Notes: generated from the letters alone by a model not told the origin. A stretch of DNA of 35,556 nucleotides from Candidatus Sumerlaeales bacterium (GCA_038243585.1 JBBSQY010000036.1:1-35556), one strand, 5' to 3'; shown: positions 7,579 to 18,326, numbered from the stretch's first letter. Numbers and translations are program-made.

Positions 7579-9607
7579 TGCTCTTGAAATGGCGCACCGC
7601 TTTATCTGCGACCACCTCCGCTTGAAGAAGTCGAATGCGGTGATGCGTCGAAAGGCCCTGTAGCTCCATACCTGACAGCTTTTGCGGCAACGCGTTGGCA
7701 TAGCCGTGGAGATGATGATTCTCCACGGCACCCCAACGCTGCGGCTCACTTGCAGCGTATAACGTAAATGTCGGAACATCAAAGGCCATCGCCAGGTGTT
7801 TTGGGCCGGAGCAGCCACCAATAAAATACGAAGCAGACCGCACAAGAGCCATCATTTGGCCGGCAGTATCGCCAATCGTGCAGAGCATACCCGCAGAAAG
7901 TTTCACTTCTCGGACGGCTATATCACCAGCTTCCTTCCAGTTGAGCCCCCCCGTTATCACTATTGGCAGACCAATCTTCACGGCGATTTCTTTCAGAAAA
8001 GGGATCCATTGATCCAACGGCCATTCTTTGGATTCATGGCCAGCGCCAAATTGTACTAAAATGTATTCGCCTGTGATTCCCGCAGTAATTAGGGTTCTTT
8101 GCGCCCATTCTATATCTTCTTCGGCGACCGATGGGGGATGGGGTTTGACCGTCGGCCGTAGCGGCCAAAGCCTGAAGAGTCTTGCAAGATTTTCATGCTC
8201 ATGCAGTTCCATGTTTTTGTAAACAGTGTGGCGCGCGTACAGATAATCTCTGCGACCCGAAAAGCCCACGTCACAATTGAACGTAGTGCCTATTTGCGAC
8301 AGGTACGCTCTCCAAAGTCTGTAATCCCCGAAGGGGAAATATGGAATGATGGCCGCATCCACCGGTTCACCACCTCCCCGAACAAGCTTCGAAGCCACCG
8401 AGGTCGGCACCGCGTTTACGTTATCCCCGAGACCCTGCAAAAGCGCGGGGTATTTACAGGACACCAGAATGGTAGAGTTTTGAAATGATACAGCAAGTGT
8501 CTGGATGTGCCTCCGTAAAAGGACGGAGTCCCCAAGAAAGCATTCCGCTGATACAAAAATAGAACGAGGCGCCGACGGCGGAAAAATACCGCGATGCCGG
8601 AGTATGTTTCTCGAAAGAAACACTGCTTTTCCGGCGCGGATATTAGCCTGAAAAACCGCTGCCTTTGCAAGCTGTTTTACCTGTTCCCGTCTTCGCGGGC
8701 GAACCGTAACTGGGCTCTGCCATACGGCCATAAATTTTCCCCACTGCCGCTGCATCCACACAACGTCCGCCAACCTGTGCTGTGCGTCAAAAGGCCGCAG
8801 CGCCACCTTATCCGCCACAACGCCCGCAATATGCGCCAGGTCCCACGGAATAGCGGTTGCCGCGTCATAGTTGGGCCGGCGTAACCAGCTAGACACCCCA
8901 TCATTGCGGGCTCTCTGTTTGACATAGGTCCATGTCAACCTGTCGGAATGTACATGATGAGTGACAGCCTGTCTAAAATTGACCGATGCATCTGCCCCCA
9001 TGAGGCGTCGATCCATCCACCACTCCGCGTCCTCGCGACCGGTGGCATATAACTGACGAGCCTCTCGCCGAATAACATCAAACCGGTGCTCTGTCCAAAG
9101 GGCACCGTTTGCAGCCATATTACAGGTATCCGGATAATATCCCGCCACTCTCAAAACAGTTCCGGGCGGACTAAGACCAATGCACCAGTTAATTTCCGGA
9201 ACCCACCACTGCGGCACATCGCCATCGGCTATGGTGACACCGCCTGCGGCGTCGTGGTTTTGTAGGCCCCTCCGAATCTGATCAAGCCAGTTAGGAAAAG
9301 GATAGGCGTCATCGTCAATAAAAGCGACGGCATTTCCCGCCGCCAGGCTCAGAAGCTTGTTTCTGGCCGTGGCAAAATCAAAATGCTCCTGCTGAAAAGT
9401 ATGGTATCTGATCTGATCAGATTCCAATGCCGCAACCAATTGCTTTGTCACGTCAGACGATCCCGTATCCAGAACAAGAACCTGGTCAACCGGCCTTAAC
9501 TGCCTTTTCAACTCATCCAAAAGCGGTCGGAGCAGATGATCTCGGTTATAGGTTAGTATGCAAACGCAGACAGGAAGCCAAGCCGGTTCCTGGTTACCCT
9601 TTAACAT
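7559..9607 (-). CDS. GT2 plus GT9 (heptosyltransferase-like) fusion glycosyltransferase
   Basis: N-half: CILTYNR, AFIDDDA, REDAEW. C-half: FLGDSVL, HEHE, KEWPLDQW, SGPKHLAMAFDVPTFTLY, PQRWG. Confidence 0.85.
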   Translation of the reverse strand: MLKGNQEPAWLPVCVCILTYNRDHLLRPLLDELKRQLRPVDQVLVLDTGSSDVTKQLVAALESDQIRYHTFQQEHFDFATARNKLLSLAAGNAVAFIDDDAYPFPNWLDQIRRGLQNHDAAGGVTIADGDVPQWWVPEINWCIGLSPPGTVLRVAGYYPDTCNMAANGALWTEHRFDVIRREARQLYATGREDAEWWMDRRLMGADASVNFRQAVTHHVHSDRLTWTYVKQRARNDGVSSWLRRPNYDAATAIPWDLAHIAGVVADKVALRPFDAQHRLADVVWMQRQWGKFMAVWQSPVTVRPRRREQVKQLAKAAVFQANIRAGKAVFLSRNILRHRGIFPPSAPRSIFVSAECFLGDSVLLRRHIQTLAVSFQNSTILVSCKYPALLQGLGDNVNAVPTSVASKLVRGGGEPVDAAIIPYFPFGDYRLWRAYLSQIGTTFNCDVGFSGRRDYLYARHTVYKNMELHEHENLARLFRLWPLRPTVKPHPPSVAEEDIEWAQRTLITAGITGEYILVQFGAGHESKEWPLDQWIPFLKEIAVKIGLPIVITGGLNWKEAGDIAVREVKLSAGMLCTIGDTAGQMMALVRSASYFIGGCSGPKHLAMAFDVPTFTLYAASEPQRWGAVENHHLHGYANALPQKLSGMELQGLSTHHRIRLLQAEVVADKAVRHFKSITPLGR

Positions 9608-10545
9608 GGCTCTCCAAGCCCTTTAAACCGTTCAAAAACTTCTGCGTCCGAGAGTCGTTGACGCTGAAAACGAGCCTGTCGTTCCTTCAGAATCTGAGCG
9701 CGATGGACAAAAATATAGTGGAAAATAGCAAGACGCGATTTAAATCTCAAATTCTCGCCCTTTGCCACGAAGCCTGGCATGGCGCCCCACAAAGCCTGGC
9801 TTGCTTCGTAATCCGTAAGATTCATCGCCAGCATAAGCCAGCTGTTCCGCATGCGAATCTGGTTAATCCGCTCCTCTCCATGAGCTCTTATCATTGATCC
9901 CTGGCCAAGATGAGACCCCAGCGCCGTCGGGTCATAAAGATTACGATAGCCCGCCTTCAGTGCTTGGTACGAAATGTCGTAATCTTCCCAATAGCCAGGA
10001 GCAAAAAGCGGATGAAAACCGCCAAAATCCAAAAATTTCTCTCTTAGGACGGCACAAGACCCACCCTGCAAAAACATCGTCTCCGTTGTTTCCGCGTCGT
10101 CACTCCAGGTAAGGCGCAGTTTACCGTCCTCCATAAATCCGCGCATATTGAGATGGTTTGGTTCGCCGTTATCCCAGTCAACGGTCTTGCCCGAAACTCC
10201 AAAAATATCAGCCGCGTTATCAAAGTGCCGACAGAGATTTCCAATAAAACCGGGCCGGGCAATCAGGTCGTTGTTCACGAGTACGATAATTTTGCCCTGG
10301 GCCTGTTTTGCGCCTTCATTCACCATATGACCAAAACCCCGATTGGACTCGTGGGTAATCAGGCGAATGTCTGGAAATTGTTGATGCGTCTCCTGCGCGC
10401 TACCGTCAGTGCTGGCGTCATCCATCAGCAGGCACTCAAACGAATGACCATACTCGGCAGCGGATTGCAACACAGCGGCAACGCACCGTGTCAAATAAGC
10501 GCGCCCGTTCCAATTAGGGATGATGATAGAAAGCTTAATGGACAT
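9601..10545 (-). CDS. Glycosyltransferase family 2
   Basis: IIIPNWNG, DDASTDGS, NRGFG, LVNND, YWEDYDIS. Confidence 0.92.
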   Translation of the reverse strand: MSIKLSIIIPNWNGRAYLTRCVAAVLQSAAEYGHSFECLLMDDASTDGSAQETHQQFPDIRLITHESNRGFGHMVNEGAKQAQGKIIVLVNNDLIARPGFIGNLCRHFDNAADIFGVSGKTVDWDNGEPNHLNMRGFMEDGKLRLTWSDDAETTETMFLQGGSCAVLREKFLDFGGFHPLFAPGYWEDYDISYQALKAGYRNLYDPTALGSHLGQGSMIRAHGEERINQIRMRNSWLMLAMNLTDYEASQALWGAMPGFVAKGENLRFKSRLAIFHYIFVHRAQILKERQARFQRQRLSDAEVFERFKGLGEPC

Positions 10546-10572
10546 GGAGTGACGAAGTGACTTTGTTAACCG

Positions 10573-11736
10573 ATGTATTCAACTGCTAATATGGCCCGTT
10601 CCGCTGCATTTGAAATAGAACTTCAATCAAGCAAACCAATTCCCATGGAAGTCGCTCAGCGGATCGACGCGGATTTAGTCGAATGGTTTTTGGAATATCA
10701 GCGCCCTCTGAAGTTCCGCGAAACGACTGATCCGTATGACATTATGGTGTCAGAGTTCATGTTGCAGCAAACAACCGTCGCCTCTGTGGAGCCCTATTTC
10801 GCGCGATTTATAACCAGGTTCCCGGAAGTTGCTTCTCTTGCCAAGGCGACGGAAGATGAGGTTATGTCTCTCTGGGCAGGTCTCGGATATTATCGTCGGG
10901 CGAGGCAGCTTCGCGCATCAGCCGTGATATTAACTGAAAACTATGGTGGTCGTTTTCCTAAAGAGCCGGCCGAGCTGCAGAAGCTGCCTGGGTTTGGCAG
11001 ATATACGGCCGGAGCCGTGATCTCCCAGGCTTTCGACTTGCCTGCGGCGATACTTGAAACAAATACCGTCCGCGTTTTTGCCCGTCTAGCGGGGATAGGC
11101 GGTATGATCGGCGACTCAAAGTTTATGAAAGCTCTATGGATAATTGCCGAGGTCCTCGTATGCGCCGCAAAATCACCCAGAACATTTAACAGGGCTGCCA
11201 TGGAACTTGGCGCCCTGATATGCCGGCCGCTGCCCCTATGCCCGGAATGCCCGGTTCAGCAACATTGCGTGGCATATAAAAGTGGAACTGCGGCTACTCT
11301 CGTGCAGATTCGCCCGCGGCGTCAGAACGTTCCAGTTGAAGTTTTAACCTTGGCAATGCGCAACGAACATGCTCGATATGGTGTTCGACGAATCCCAAAA
11401 GGGGAGTGGCACGACGGGATGTGGGAGTTTCCCACCGAACGGATAACCAGCGGCGTCGCGTCTTTTACAGATGCTAAGACTTTTGCTGCTATCGTCCATG
11501 ACAGGGACATAGAATGCGCCCGACTACTTACCACGCTTCGATACCAGGTCACACACCATAAGATAATCTGTAACGTTTTCCATTGCGAGACTGAAAACCT
11601 CGTCTCAGAAAAAGCAAATAATGACACTGGCGTGCAGTTTCTTGACCTGAAAGAAATTTCAACCTTGCCCATGGGTTCAGCCCAGAAGAAAATCTGTATG
11701 CTCCTTATTGACTTAAACGACTCGGAAAACCTATGA
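10573..11736 (+). CDS. mutY: A/G-specific adenine glycosylase
   Basis: VSEFMLQQT, WAGLGYYRRAR, HhH LPGFGRYTAGA, MELGALIC Fe-S motif, GMWEFP C-terminal domain. Start may be downstream. Confidence 0.92.
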   Translation: MYSTANMARSAAFEIELQSSKPIPMEVAQRIDADLVEWFLEYQRPLKFRETTDPYDIMVSEFMLQQTTVASVEPYFARFITRFPEVASLAKATEDEVMSLWAGLGYYRRARQLRASAVILTENYGGRFPKEPAELQKLPGFGRYTAGAVISQAFDLPAAILETNTVRVFARLAGIGGMIGDSKFMKALWIIAEVLVCAAKSPRTFNRAAMELGALICRPLPLCPECPVQQHCVAYKSGTAATLVQIRPRRQNVPVEVLTLAMRNEHARYGVRRIPKGEWHDGMWEFPTERITSGVASFTDAKTFAAIVHDRDIECARLLTTLRYQVTHHKIICNVFHCETENLVSEKANNDTGVQFLDLKEISTLPMGSAQKKICMLLIDLNDSENL

Positions 11737-12698
11737 TGCCTGCCGCTGAGCTCACGATACAAACTCTGCTGACCGAATACGCGCGCGAGCTTGAACTTGA
11801 AGTACTCACCGGCGGTGACAGCCTCAATCGGGTCATCGCGACCCCCGAGCTAAATCGTCCCGGCCTCGCCTTTGCCGGCTTCTATGAAGTGTTTGCCTGG
11901 GATCGCATACAAATACTGGGAAACACCGAGCTATCCTACCTGAATAGCCTGACATTAAGTGACCGCGGCCAACGTATGGACGGAACGCTTCAATTCGAGA
12001 TACCCTGTATAATTGTAACAAACGGCAACCCGATATCTGATGATATAATAGACGCCAGCCGAACCCACAATACCCCGCTTCTGCGCACTAATCTTCCTAC
12101 AACTCGTTTAGTCGGTATGTTGACTGCATATCTCGAACGATTTTTCGCTCCCATGGCCAACGTGCACGGCAATTTGCTGGATGTATTTGGAATGGGCGTC
12201 CTGATCATGGGATCCAGCGGCGTAGGGAAAAGCGAATGTGCCCTTGAACTCATCGAACGCGGACACAGGCTCGTAGCCGATGACCAGGTTATCATCCGGC
12301 GGCTGAGTAAAGAAGTGCTTATCGGCAGAAGTTCGGATATGCTGAAATACCACATGGAGATTCGAGGCCTCGGAATCCTAAACTTGGAACTTCTCTTCGG
12401 GATCGCCTCTGTGGTGGAAGAAAAACCCATTGAAGTCGTTGTATGGCTTGAACGCTGGAATGAAAATCAGGAATACGAGCGGTTGGGGATTGACGAAGAA
12501 GAGCATACCATCTTCGATGTTCGCGTGCCGAAATACACCATTCCGGTCCAGCCAGGCCGCAATATTTCCATTATGGTGGAAATGGCCGCTTTGACCCAGC
12601 GACTAAAAAACACCGGAATCAATCCCGCCCAGATGATGAATGACTCACTAATTGCCCACATGAACGGGATAAAGCCAGGCCGGATCTTCCGTAAATAA
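11733..12698 (+). CDS. hprK: HPr kinase/phosphorylase
   Basis: NRPGLAFAG, GSSGVGKSECALELIERGHRLVADD, MEIRGLGI, IPVQPGRN. Confidence 0.97.
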   Translation: MMPAAELTIQTLLTEYARELELEVLTGGDSLNRVIATPELNRPGLAFAGFYEVFAWDRIQILGNTELSYLNSLTLSDRGQRMDGTLQFEIPCIIVTNGNPISDDIIDASRTHNTPLLRTNLPTTRLVGMLTAYLERFFAPMANVHGNLLDVFGMGVLIMGSSGVGKSECALELIERGHRLVADDQVIIRRLSKEVLIGRSSDMLKYHMEIRGLGILNLELLFGIASVVEEKPIEVVVWLERWNENQEYERLGIDEEEHTIFDVRVPKYTIPVQPGRNISIMVEMAALTQRLKNTGINPAQMMNDSLIAHMNGIKPGRIFRK

Positions 12699-12700
12699 AA

Positions 12701-13993
12701 ATGAAAAAAGTTTCGTCCTCTCTTTTATGCCTCGGAATCCTAGTTCTGCTATTTTCGCTAAATGCTAGATCGGTTTCGGCGCAAAATACTTTTCAATCCA
12801 AGCGCCTGAACGCTCTTTTAGAACGGCGCGGGTGGATCCGTATAGGTCTTGTTGACTCTGCTGCTCACTTAGAGATAAGCCTGCCGTCCGGCGGCACGGT
12901 ACGGCACGCCGGTAGCACAGCATCCGTATGCGAACCTGGCGTAATAAAGCTGACGGCCTCAAACGGCGTCATCAGCCTCACACTCCCAGGCGTAACTGCG
13001 CCAACCGTCGCGTCAGACGTGACAATAGTCCCGACCGGAAAGCCATTTCAATACCAGGGTAGATCCTATCGCGGCAACGCACGAGTAACCGCCGGAAGCT
13101 CCCTGGCACTGGTCAATGAAGTCATGATAGACGACTGGCTTAAAGGAGTGCTCCCGGCAGAGATCGGCAGTGACTCACCTTTAGAAGCTTTAAAAGCTCA
13201 GGCGGTCACCGCAAGATCAGAAGCCATATTCCGCCTTCTCAAACCACCCCACGCCAGCGAGGGTTATGACTTCTGCACGGGCGTGCATTGTCAGGCGTAC
13301 AAGGGGATAGGCGAAGAAAACGCCGCCATTCAACAGGCCTGCGACGCCACTCTCGGTTATGTTCTAGTAGCGCAAGAAGATGTTGTGAACGCCGTCTATC
13401 ACAACGTATGCGGCGGTGTAACTGCAGGGGCAGAAGATGTTTGGGACAGTGAACCTCTACCAGGCATTATACCGGTTTTTGATACCCTTAAAGGGGGCAC
13501 TCCTGATCTATCCAGCGAAGCGGCCGTCGCGCTCTTTATCCAGGATTCCGGAGCCGATTCCTTTTGTTACTCCGGAAACCCCGGCTACGCAAACTACGCA
13601 AAAAAATACTTTCGCTGGTCGAAAACCATCTCCGCGACTGAGGCTGGCCGCATGGCCGGCGTTGGGACTTTAACAGACATTAAAGTAACAGAGCGACGCC
13701 CCAGCGGTCGAGTGCGTAAGCTTACTGTCGTCGGCACAGCCGGCACCAAAACGATCGAAAGAGAACTCCCTATTCGAAACGTTTTTGATCTCTGGAGCGG
13801 ACTTTTCGTCCTGCAGCTCGATCAAGCGGCAGGACCCCTGTCTTCCATAACATTTCTGGGCGCGGGAAACGGTCACGGAGTAGGACTATGCCAACACGGT
13901 GCCCGGGAAATCGCCCGCCGCGGTGGCACCTACGATCAAATATTGGGTCAGTATTACAGAGGAGCCAAACTCCGGCGCGTCTATCGCCCCTGA
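12701..13993 (+). CDS. SpoIID/LytB domain protein (secreted peptidoglycan lytic enzyme)
   Basis: Signal peptide, YRG, GVLPAEI..EALKAQAVTARS, HCQAYKG, GNGHGVGLCQHGA. Confidence 0.92.
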   Translation: MKKVSSSLLCLGILVLLFSLNARSVSAQNTFQSKRLNALLERRGWIRIGLVDSAAHLEISLPSGGTVRHAGSTASVCEPGVIKLTASNGVISLTLPGVTAPTVASDVTIVPTGKPFQYQGRSYRGNARVTAGSSLALVNEVMIDDWLKGVLPAEIGSDSPLEALKAQAVTARSEAIFRLLKPPHASEGYDFCTGVHCQAYKGIGEENAAIQQACDATLGYVLVAQEDVVNAVYHNVCGGVTAGAEDVWDSEPLPGIIPVFDTLKGGTPDLSSEAAVALFIQDSGADSFCYSGNPGYANYAKKYFRWSKTISATEAGRMAGVGTLTDIKVTERRPSGRVRKLTVVGTAGTKTIERELPIRNVFDLWSGLFVLQLDQAAGPLSSITFLGAGNGHGVGLCQHGAREIARRGGTYDQILGQYYRGAKLRRVYRP

Positions 13994-14019
13994 AAAACAT
14001 CAGCACCCGCCCAAATGAA

Positions 14020-14042
14020 GTAGCATAGGCGTCCCGCCTGTG
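14020..14042 (+). repeat. GTAG-type REP-like palindrome, copy 1
   Basis: GTAG-CATAGGCG-TCC-CGCCTGTG between convergent genes; near-identical to 18761-18783. Confidence 0.7.
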
Positions 14043-14073
14043 TATAAACTCCGCAATCGCTACAAGCTCTTCG

Positions 14074-14658
14074 TCAGAATCCCGAAGGCTTTTCCAGCTT
14101 TAAAAAATTACTCAAGATCGACTTCCCCTCACCGGTCAAAATGCTTTCCGGGTGAAACTGCACACCCCAGACCGGATTTGTTTTATGGCGCATCGCCATA
14201 ATTAGCCCATCCTCTGTTTCCGCCGTCACCTGCAAACAGTCCGGCAGCGAAGGCCGATCAACAATCAGCGAATGATACCGCGTGGCTTCAAACGGGTTCG
14301 AAAGCCCGGCAAACAACTCATCGCCATCCACATAACGAACAGGGCTCACCTTGCCATGCATCACATAAGGCGCGCGCACCACCCGCCCGCCATACGCCTG
14401 CCCGATTGCCTGGTGTCCTAGGCACACCCCGAGTATCGGAAAAGCCTCACCCAGCGAGGTGATAATATCCAGAGAAATGCCTGCTTCGTTAGGCGTACAA
14501 GGTCCCGGGCTAATAACGATCCTGTCCGGTGCCATCTTTAAAATTTCCGCCGTCGTTACCTGGTCGTTGCGCACAACCTCAAGCTCCGCTCCCAGCTCAC
14601 CCAGATACTGAGCCAGGTTATAAGTAAACGAGTCATAATTATCGATAATGAGAAGCAT
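14074..14658 (-). CDS. trpG: Anthranilate/aminodeoxychorismate synthase component II (glutamine amidotransferase)
   Basis: [37 protein letters not shown]; follows trpE. Confidence 0.93.
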   Translation of the reverse strand: MLLIIDNYDSFTYNLAQYLGELGAELEVVRNDQVTTAEILKMAPDRIVISPGPCTPNEAGISLDIITSLGEAFPILGVCLGHQAIGQAYGGRVVRAPYVMHGKVSPVRYVDGDELFAGLSNPFEATRYHSLIVDRPSLPDCLQVTAETEDGLIMAMRHKTNPVWGVQFHPESILTGEGKSILSNFLKLEKPSGF

Positions 14659-14662
14659 TGGT

Positions 14663-16147
14663 CTAGTCCAGTCCGTATTCGGCTATTTCGATAGCGCGTA
14701 TCATGGCGCCGGCTTTGCTAATCGTTTCCCGGTATTCTGACACCGGATCTGAGTCCGCCACAATGCCGGCCCCTGCCTGCACATAAGCTTGGTTATCCTT
14801 AATCAGAATAGTGCGGATAGTGATACAACTGTCCAGGTTTCCGTTAAATCCAAAATACCCCACGCTTCCCGCATAGGTTCCGCGATTCAGCTGCTCAATT
14901 TCATCGATAATTTGCATCGCTCGTATTTTCGGGGCTCCGCTAACCGTCCCTGCCGGAAACGCCGCGCGGAACACATCAAACGCATCAATGCCCGGCTTCA
15001 TCTTTCCACGAACATTAGAAACAATGTGCATCACGTGCGAATACCGCTCTACCGACATCAGATTGTCTACTTGAACACTGCCATATTCACACACCCGGCC
15101 GCAATCATTTCGCCCAAGGTCGACCAGCATGATATGCTCTGCCCGTTCTTTCGGGTCAGCCAGGAGTTCCTTTTCCAAAGCATTATCTTCCTCAACCGAA
15201 GCGCCCCGCTTACGAGTGCCCGCGATCGGACGAACCTGCACCACGTCCCCCGTCAGGCGCACAAGAATCTCCGGGCTGGCCCCAACCAGCCGCATATCCT
15301 TCAGTTTCAGATAAAACATATAAGGTGAAGGGTTAACCGATCGCAGCGCCCGATAAACTTCAAATGGTTCACAGGTGACAGGCACATTAAACCGCTGCGA
15401 AATCACCACCTGGAAAACGTCACCAGCGGAAATATACTCTTTGCATTTCTCCACGGCAGACGTAAATTCATCCTGCGTAAAGTTCGACTGGACCTCACTG
15501 CGCCCCGTACTGACAGTACGCTCCGCCGTCGTCACCGGCCGCAACAGCTTCTGATGCAGAAGATTGATCTTTTTCAGCGCCTCATCATAAAGCGCGTCAG
15601 GATCAACATCCCCCTGCAAATGACAGTTCACAACCAGCTTCATCCGGTGACGAAGATGGTCAAAGATCACAAGGGATTCCGTAATCACGAAACAGATATC
15701 CGGCAGATTCAGATCATCATTCTGCCCGCCGCCCACCGGCTCGAAGTTTTTAACCTCATCGTAAGAGACATAGCCGACCGCCCCACCCGAAAAAGGAGGG
15801 AGTTCGGGATCTTCCACAAACTTGTAAAGCTTCAGGATTTCTCTTAGACGATCGAGAGGCGCAGAATCCGTAAAAGATTCCTTCTTGCCTCCCGCGTAAG
15901 ATATCTCCACATCATGACGTTTGCTCTTAAACGTAACGACCGGGTGGAGGCCAATGAAGCTATATCGGGCCCATTTCTCGCCGCCCTCCACGCTCTCCAG
16001 CAGGTAGGAGCATTCAGAATCTTCCAGTTTTTTATACGCTGAAACCGGAGTATCCATATCTGCAACGATTTCCCGATAAACAGGGATTAGGTTTCCGCGC
16101 TTAGCGCGCTCTTTAAACTCGATACGGCTTGGGTATACGGATGACAT
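14663..16147 (-). CDS. trpE: Anthranilate synthase component I
   Basis: [59 protein letters not shown]. Confidence 0.93.
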   Translation of the reverse strand: MSSVYPSRIEFKERAKRGNLIPVYREIVADMDTPVSAYKKLEDSECSYLLESVEGGEKWARYSFIGLHPVVTFKSKRHDVEISYAGGKKESFTDSAPLDRLREILKLYKFVEDPELPPFSGGAVGYVSYDEVKNFEPVGGGQNDDLNLPDICFVITESLVIFDHLRHRMKLVVNCHLQGDVDPDALYDEALKKINLLHQKLLRPVTTAERTVSTGRSEVQSNFTQDEFTSAVEKCKEYISAGDVFQVVISQRFNVPVTCEPFEVYRALRSVNPSPYMFYLKLKDMRLVGASPEILVRLTGDVVQVRPIAGTRKRGASVEEDNALEKELLADPKERAEHIMLVDLGRNDCGRVCEYGSVQVDNLMSVERYSHVMHIVSNVRGKMKPGIDAFDVFRAAFPAGTVSGAPKIRAMQIIDEIEQLNRGTYAGSVGYFGFNGNLDSCITIRTILIKDNQAYVQAGAGIVADSDPVSEYRETISKAGAMIRAIEIAEYGLD

Positions 16148-16247
16148 TTCGTTTGATTAACCTGTCCAATGATAACAAAGGGTGGAAGATAAAGTACTAC
16201 GGGAATCAAAAGGCAGGTTAAAGACCGGTTTACAAGGGTGAAACAAA

Positions 16248-16655
16248 TCAGCCCTGTTTATTACTGTAAACCTTATCAGCGTCAAAAACCCGCTCGCCGT
16301 CCTCACGCCATCGTTCCCCATCAGCCAGACGATAAAAACACGACCGGTGTCCGGTGTGACATGCGCCGCCCGTCTGCTCTACAGAAACAAGCAAGGCGTC
16401 ACCATCACAATCCAGCCGCACACTCTTGACCATCTGCACGTTCCCGCTGGATTCCCCTTTGATCCACAACTTATTACGGGATCGGCTCCAATAACACGCA
16501 CGACCCTCACTCAGGGTTTTGCCCAGCGCTTCCTGATTCATCCACGCAAACATAAGCACTTCGCCGGACACGCAATCCTGCACAATAGCGCCCACAAGTC
16601 CTTTGTCGTCGAACTTGACCTGTTCCAGTAGAGTCTCTGTAATAGCGGTCGTCAT
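16248..16655 (-). CDS. hisI: Phosphoribosyl-AMP cyclohydrolase
   Basis: [32 protein letters not shown]. Confidence 0.96.
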   Translation of the reverse strand: MTTAITETLLEQVKFDDKGLVGAIVQDCVSGEVLMFAWMNQEALGKTLSEGRACYWSRSRNKLWIKGESSGNVQMVKSVRLDCDGDALLVSVEQTGGACHTGHRSCFYRLADGERWREDGERVFDADKVYSNKQG

Positions 16656-16809
16656 GATAATCTGATCAATAATAGTGCAGCAGCCAACTTTTCATTTTTC
16701 ATCCAGCAAAAAAAATGTCTATACACAAGCATACAGAAGAATCTGCCGTTTGAGTTGCAATAGTTCGCCAGTCAGGTAGCAACACTTTTGAAGCAGCGTC
16801 GAGGGTAAG

Positions 16810-18075
16810 ATGAACGTCGGAGTTATTGGGCTGGGATACGTTGGCCTGCCACTGCTCGTGGAATTAGGCAAAGCCGGATTTAAGGCCGTAGGAATAGACA
16901 TCGATATGTCCAAGGTAGACTCAATCAACCGCGGCATCAGCTACATCGACGACGTTGATAAAGACGATCTTGAACAGCTTGTCGCTGCCGGCACCATATC
17001 TGCCACCACCGACTGGGACGCAATCACCAAACTGGACGCCATAAGCATCTGCGTCCCCACCCCCCTCCGCAAAACCAAAGATCCTGACATCTCTTTTATT
17101 GTAAACACCGTCGAACAAATCGCCCCAAGACTCCGCAAGGGTCACATCATCATTTTGGAAAGCACCACCTACCCCGGCACAACCGAAGAACTCCTCCTGC
17201 CCGACTTCGAAAAATCCGGTCTCAAAGTCGGCCAGGATTTTTTCCTGGCCTTTTCGCCGGAAAGAGTCGACCCGGGCAATACGAAATTCCATACAAAAAA
17301 CACCCCCAAGATCGTAGGCGGGTGCACCGCCGAATGCGGTAAAAAAGCCGTCGAATATTACTCCCGGATTTTTGACGAAGTCGTGCCCGTATCCAGCGCC
17401 CGCTGCGCTGAAATGGTCAAACTACTCGAAAACACCTTTCGCAGCGTCAACATCGGCCTCGTCAATGAAGTCGCTGTCATGTGCGATAAGCTCGGCCTGA
17501 ACGTATGGGAGGTCATAGACGCTGCCGCCACAAAACCCTTCGGATTTATGAAATTCTACCCCGGCCCCGGCCTCGGCGGTCACTGTATTCCAATTGATCC
17601 CCATTACCTGTCATGGAAACTCAAAGCCCTGAACTACAACGCCCGCTTCATCGAACTCGCCAGCGAGATCAACAGCCACATGCCCGAGTTCGTAGTAGAT
17701 AAAGTCATCCACGCGTTAAACGACGCCGAAAAATCCGTAAAAGGCAGCCACATCCTGATGATCGGGGTAGCCTATAAAGCCGACGTAAACGACGTCCGCG
17801 AAAGTCCTGCTCTCGACATCATAAGCCTTCTCCAGAATCTCGGCGCAAAAGTCGAATACCACGATCCCCACGTCCCGGAACTTCATGAGCACGGCCTCGA
17901 TATGAAATGCGTAACAATGGATAACCAACGCCTGTCCGCCGCCGACTGCGTCATCATAACCACCCAGCACGCAAAAATCGATTTCAAGGAAATCGGCGCG
18001 GCTTCAAAACTGATAATCGATACCAGAAACGCCATGAAGAACGTTCCCACTAACGCCCAGGTCGTTCTACTGTAA
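16810..18075 (+). CDS. Nucleotide-sugar dehydrogenase (UDP-GlcNAc/ManNAc dehydrogenase family)
   Basis: GLGYVGLP, ICVPTP, ESTTYPGTT, FSPERVDPGN, KLLENTFR, GGHCIPIDP, DVRESP. Confidence 0.95.
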   Translation: MNVGVIGLGYVGLPLLVELGKAGFKAVGIDIDMSKVDSINRGISYIDDVDKDDLEQLVAAGTISATTDWDAITKLDAISICVPTPLRKTKDPDISFIVNTVEQIAPRLRKGHIIILESTTYPGTTEELLLPDFEKSGLKVGQDFFLAFSPERVDPGNTKFHTKNTPKIVGGCTAECGKKAVEYYSRIFDEVVPVSSARCAEMVKLLENTFRSVNIGLVNEVAVMCDKLGLNVWEVIDAAATKPFGFMKFYPGPGLGGHCIPIDPHYLSWKLKALNYNARFIELASEINSHMPEFVVDKVIHALNDAEKSVKGSHILMIGVAYKADVNDVRESPALDIISLLQNLGAKVEYHDPHVPELHEHGLDMKCVTMDNQRLSAADCVIITTQHAKIDFKEIGAASKLIIDTRNAMKNVPTNAQVVLL

Positions 18076-18326
18076 AAGTCTGACAGCGCGGTACCAGAAT
18101 GTCCATAACACAGGTGCACACGTGCGAAATAACGGGTTTGTACCGAACTTGAAGTTGATGCCCTGGCGGATTATAATTAATTGAAACGATTTCACAAGGT
18201 GCCTCCGCCGTAGTCTGCAATCCAGGCAAATCTGTTACTTCTTCGCCCTTGCATTCGCTTAATGCCATGCACAGTTAGTGAACTTGTGACAATGCATACC
18301 GCTCTGGAAAGACTGGAAAATCCACG

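Noticed and set aside
12701..13993. SpoIID as evidence of sporulation
   Set aside because: SpoIID/LytB domains are widespread in non-sporulating bacteria, and no other sporulation gene is present.
18050..18268. 72-aa minus-strand ORF in the dehydrogenase-TerB gap
   Set aside because: No recognisable motif or SD, and it overlaps the dehydrogenase end; unsupported though not excluded.
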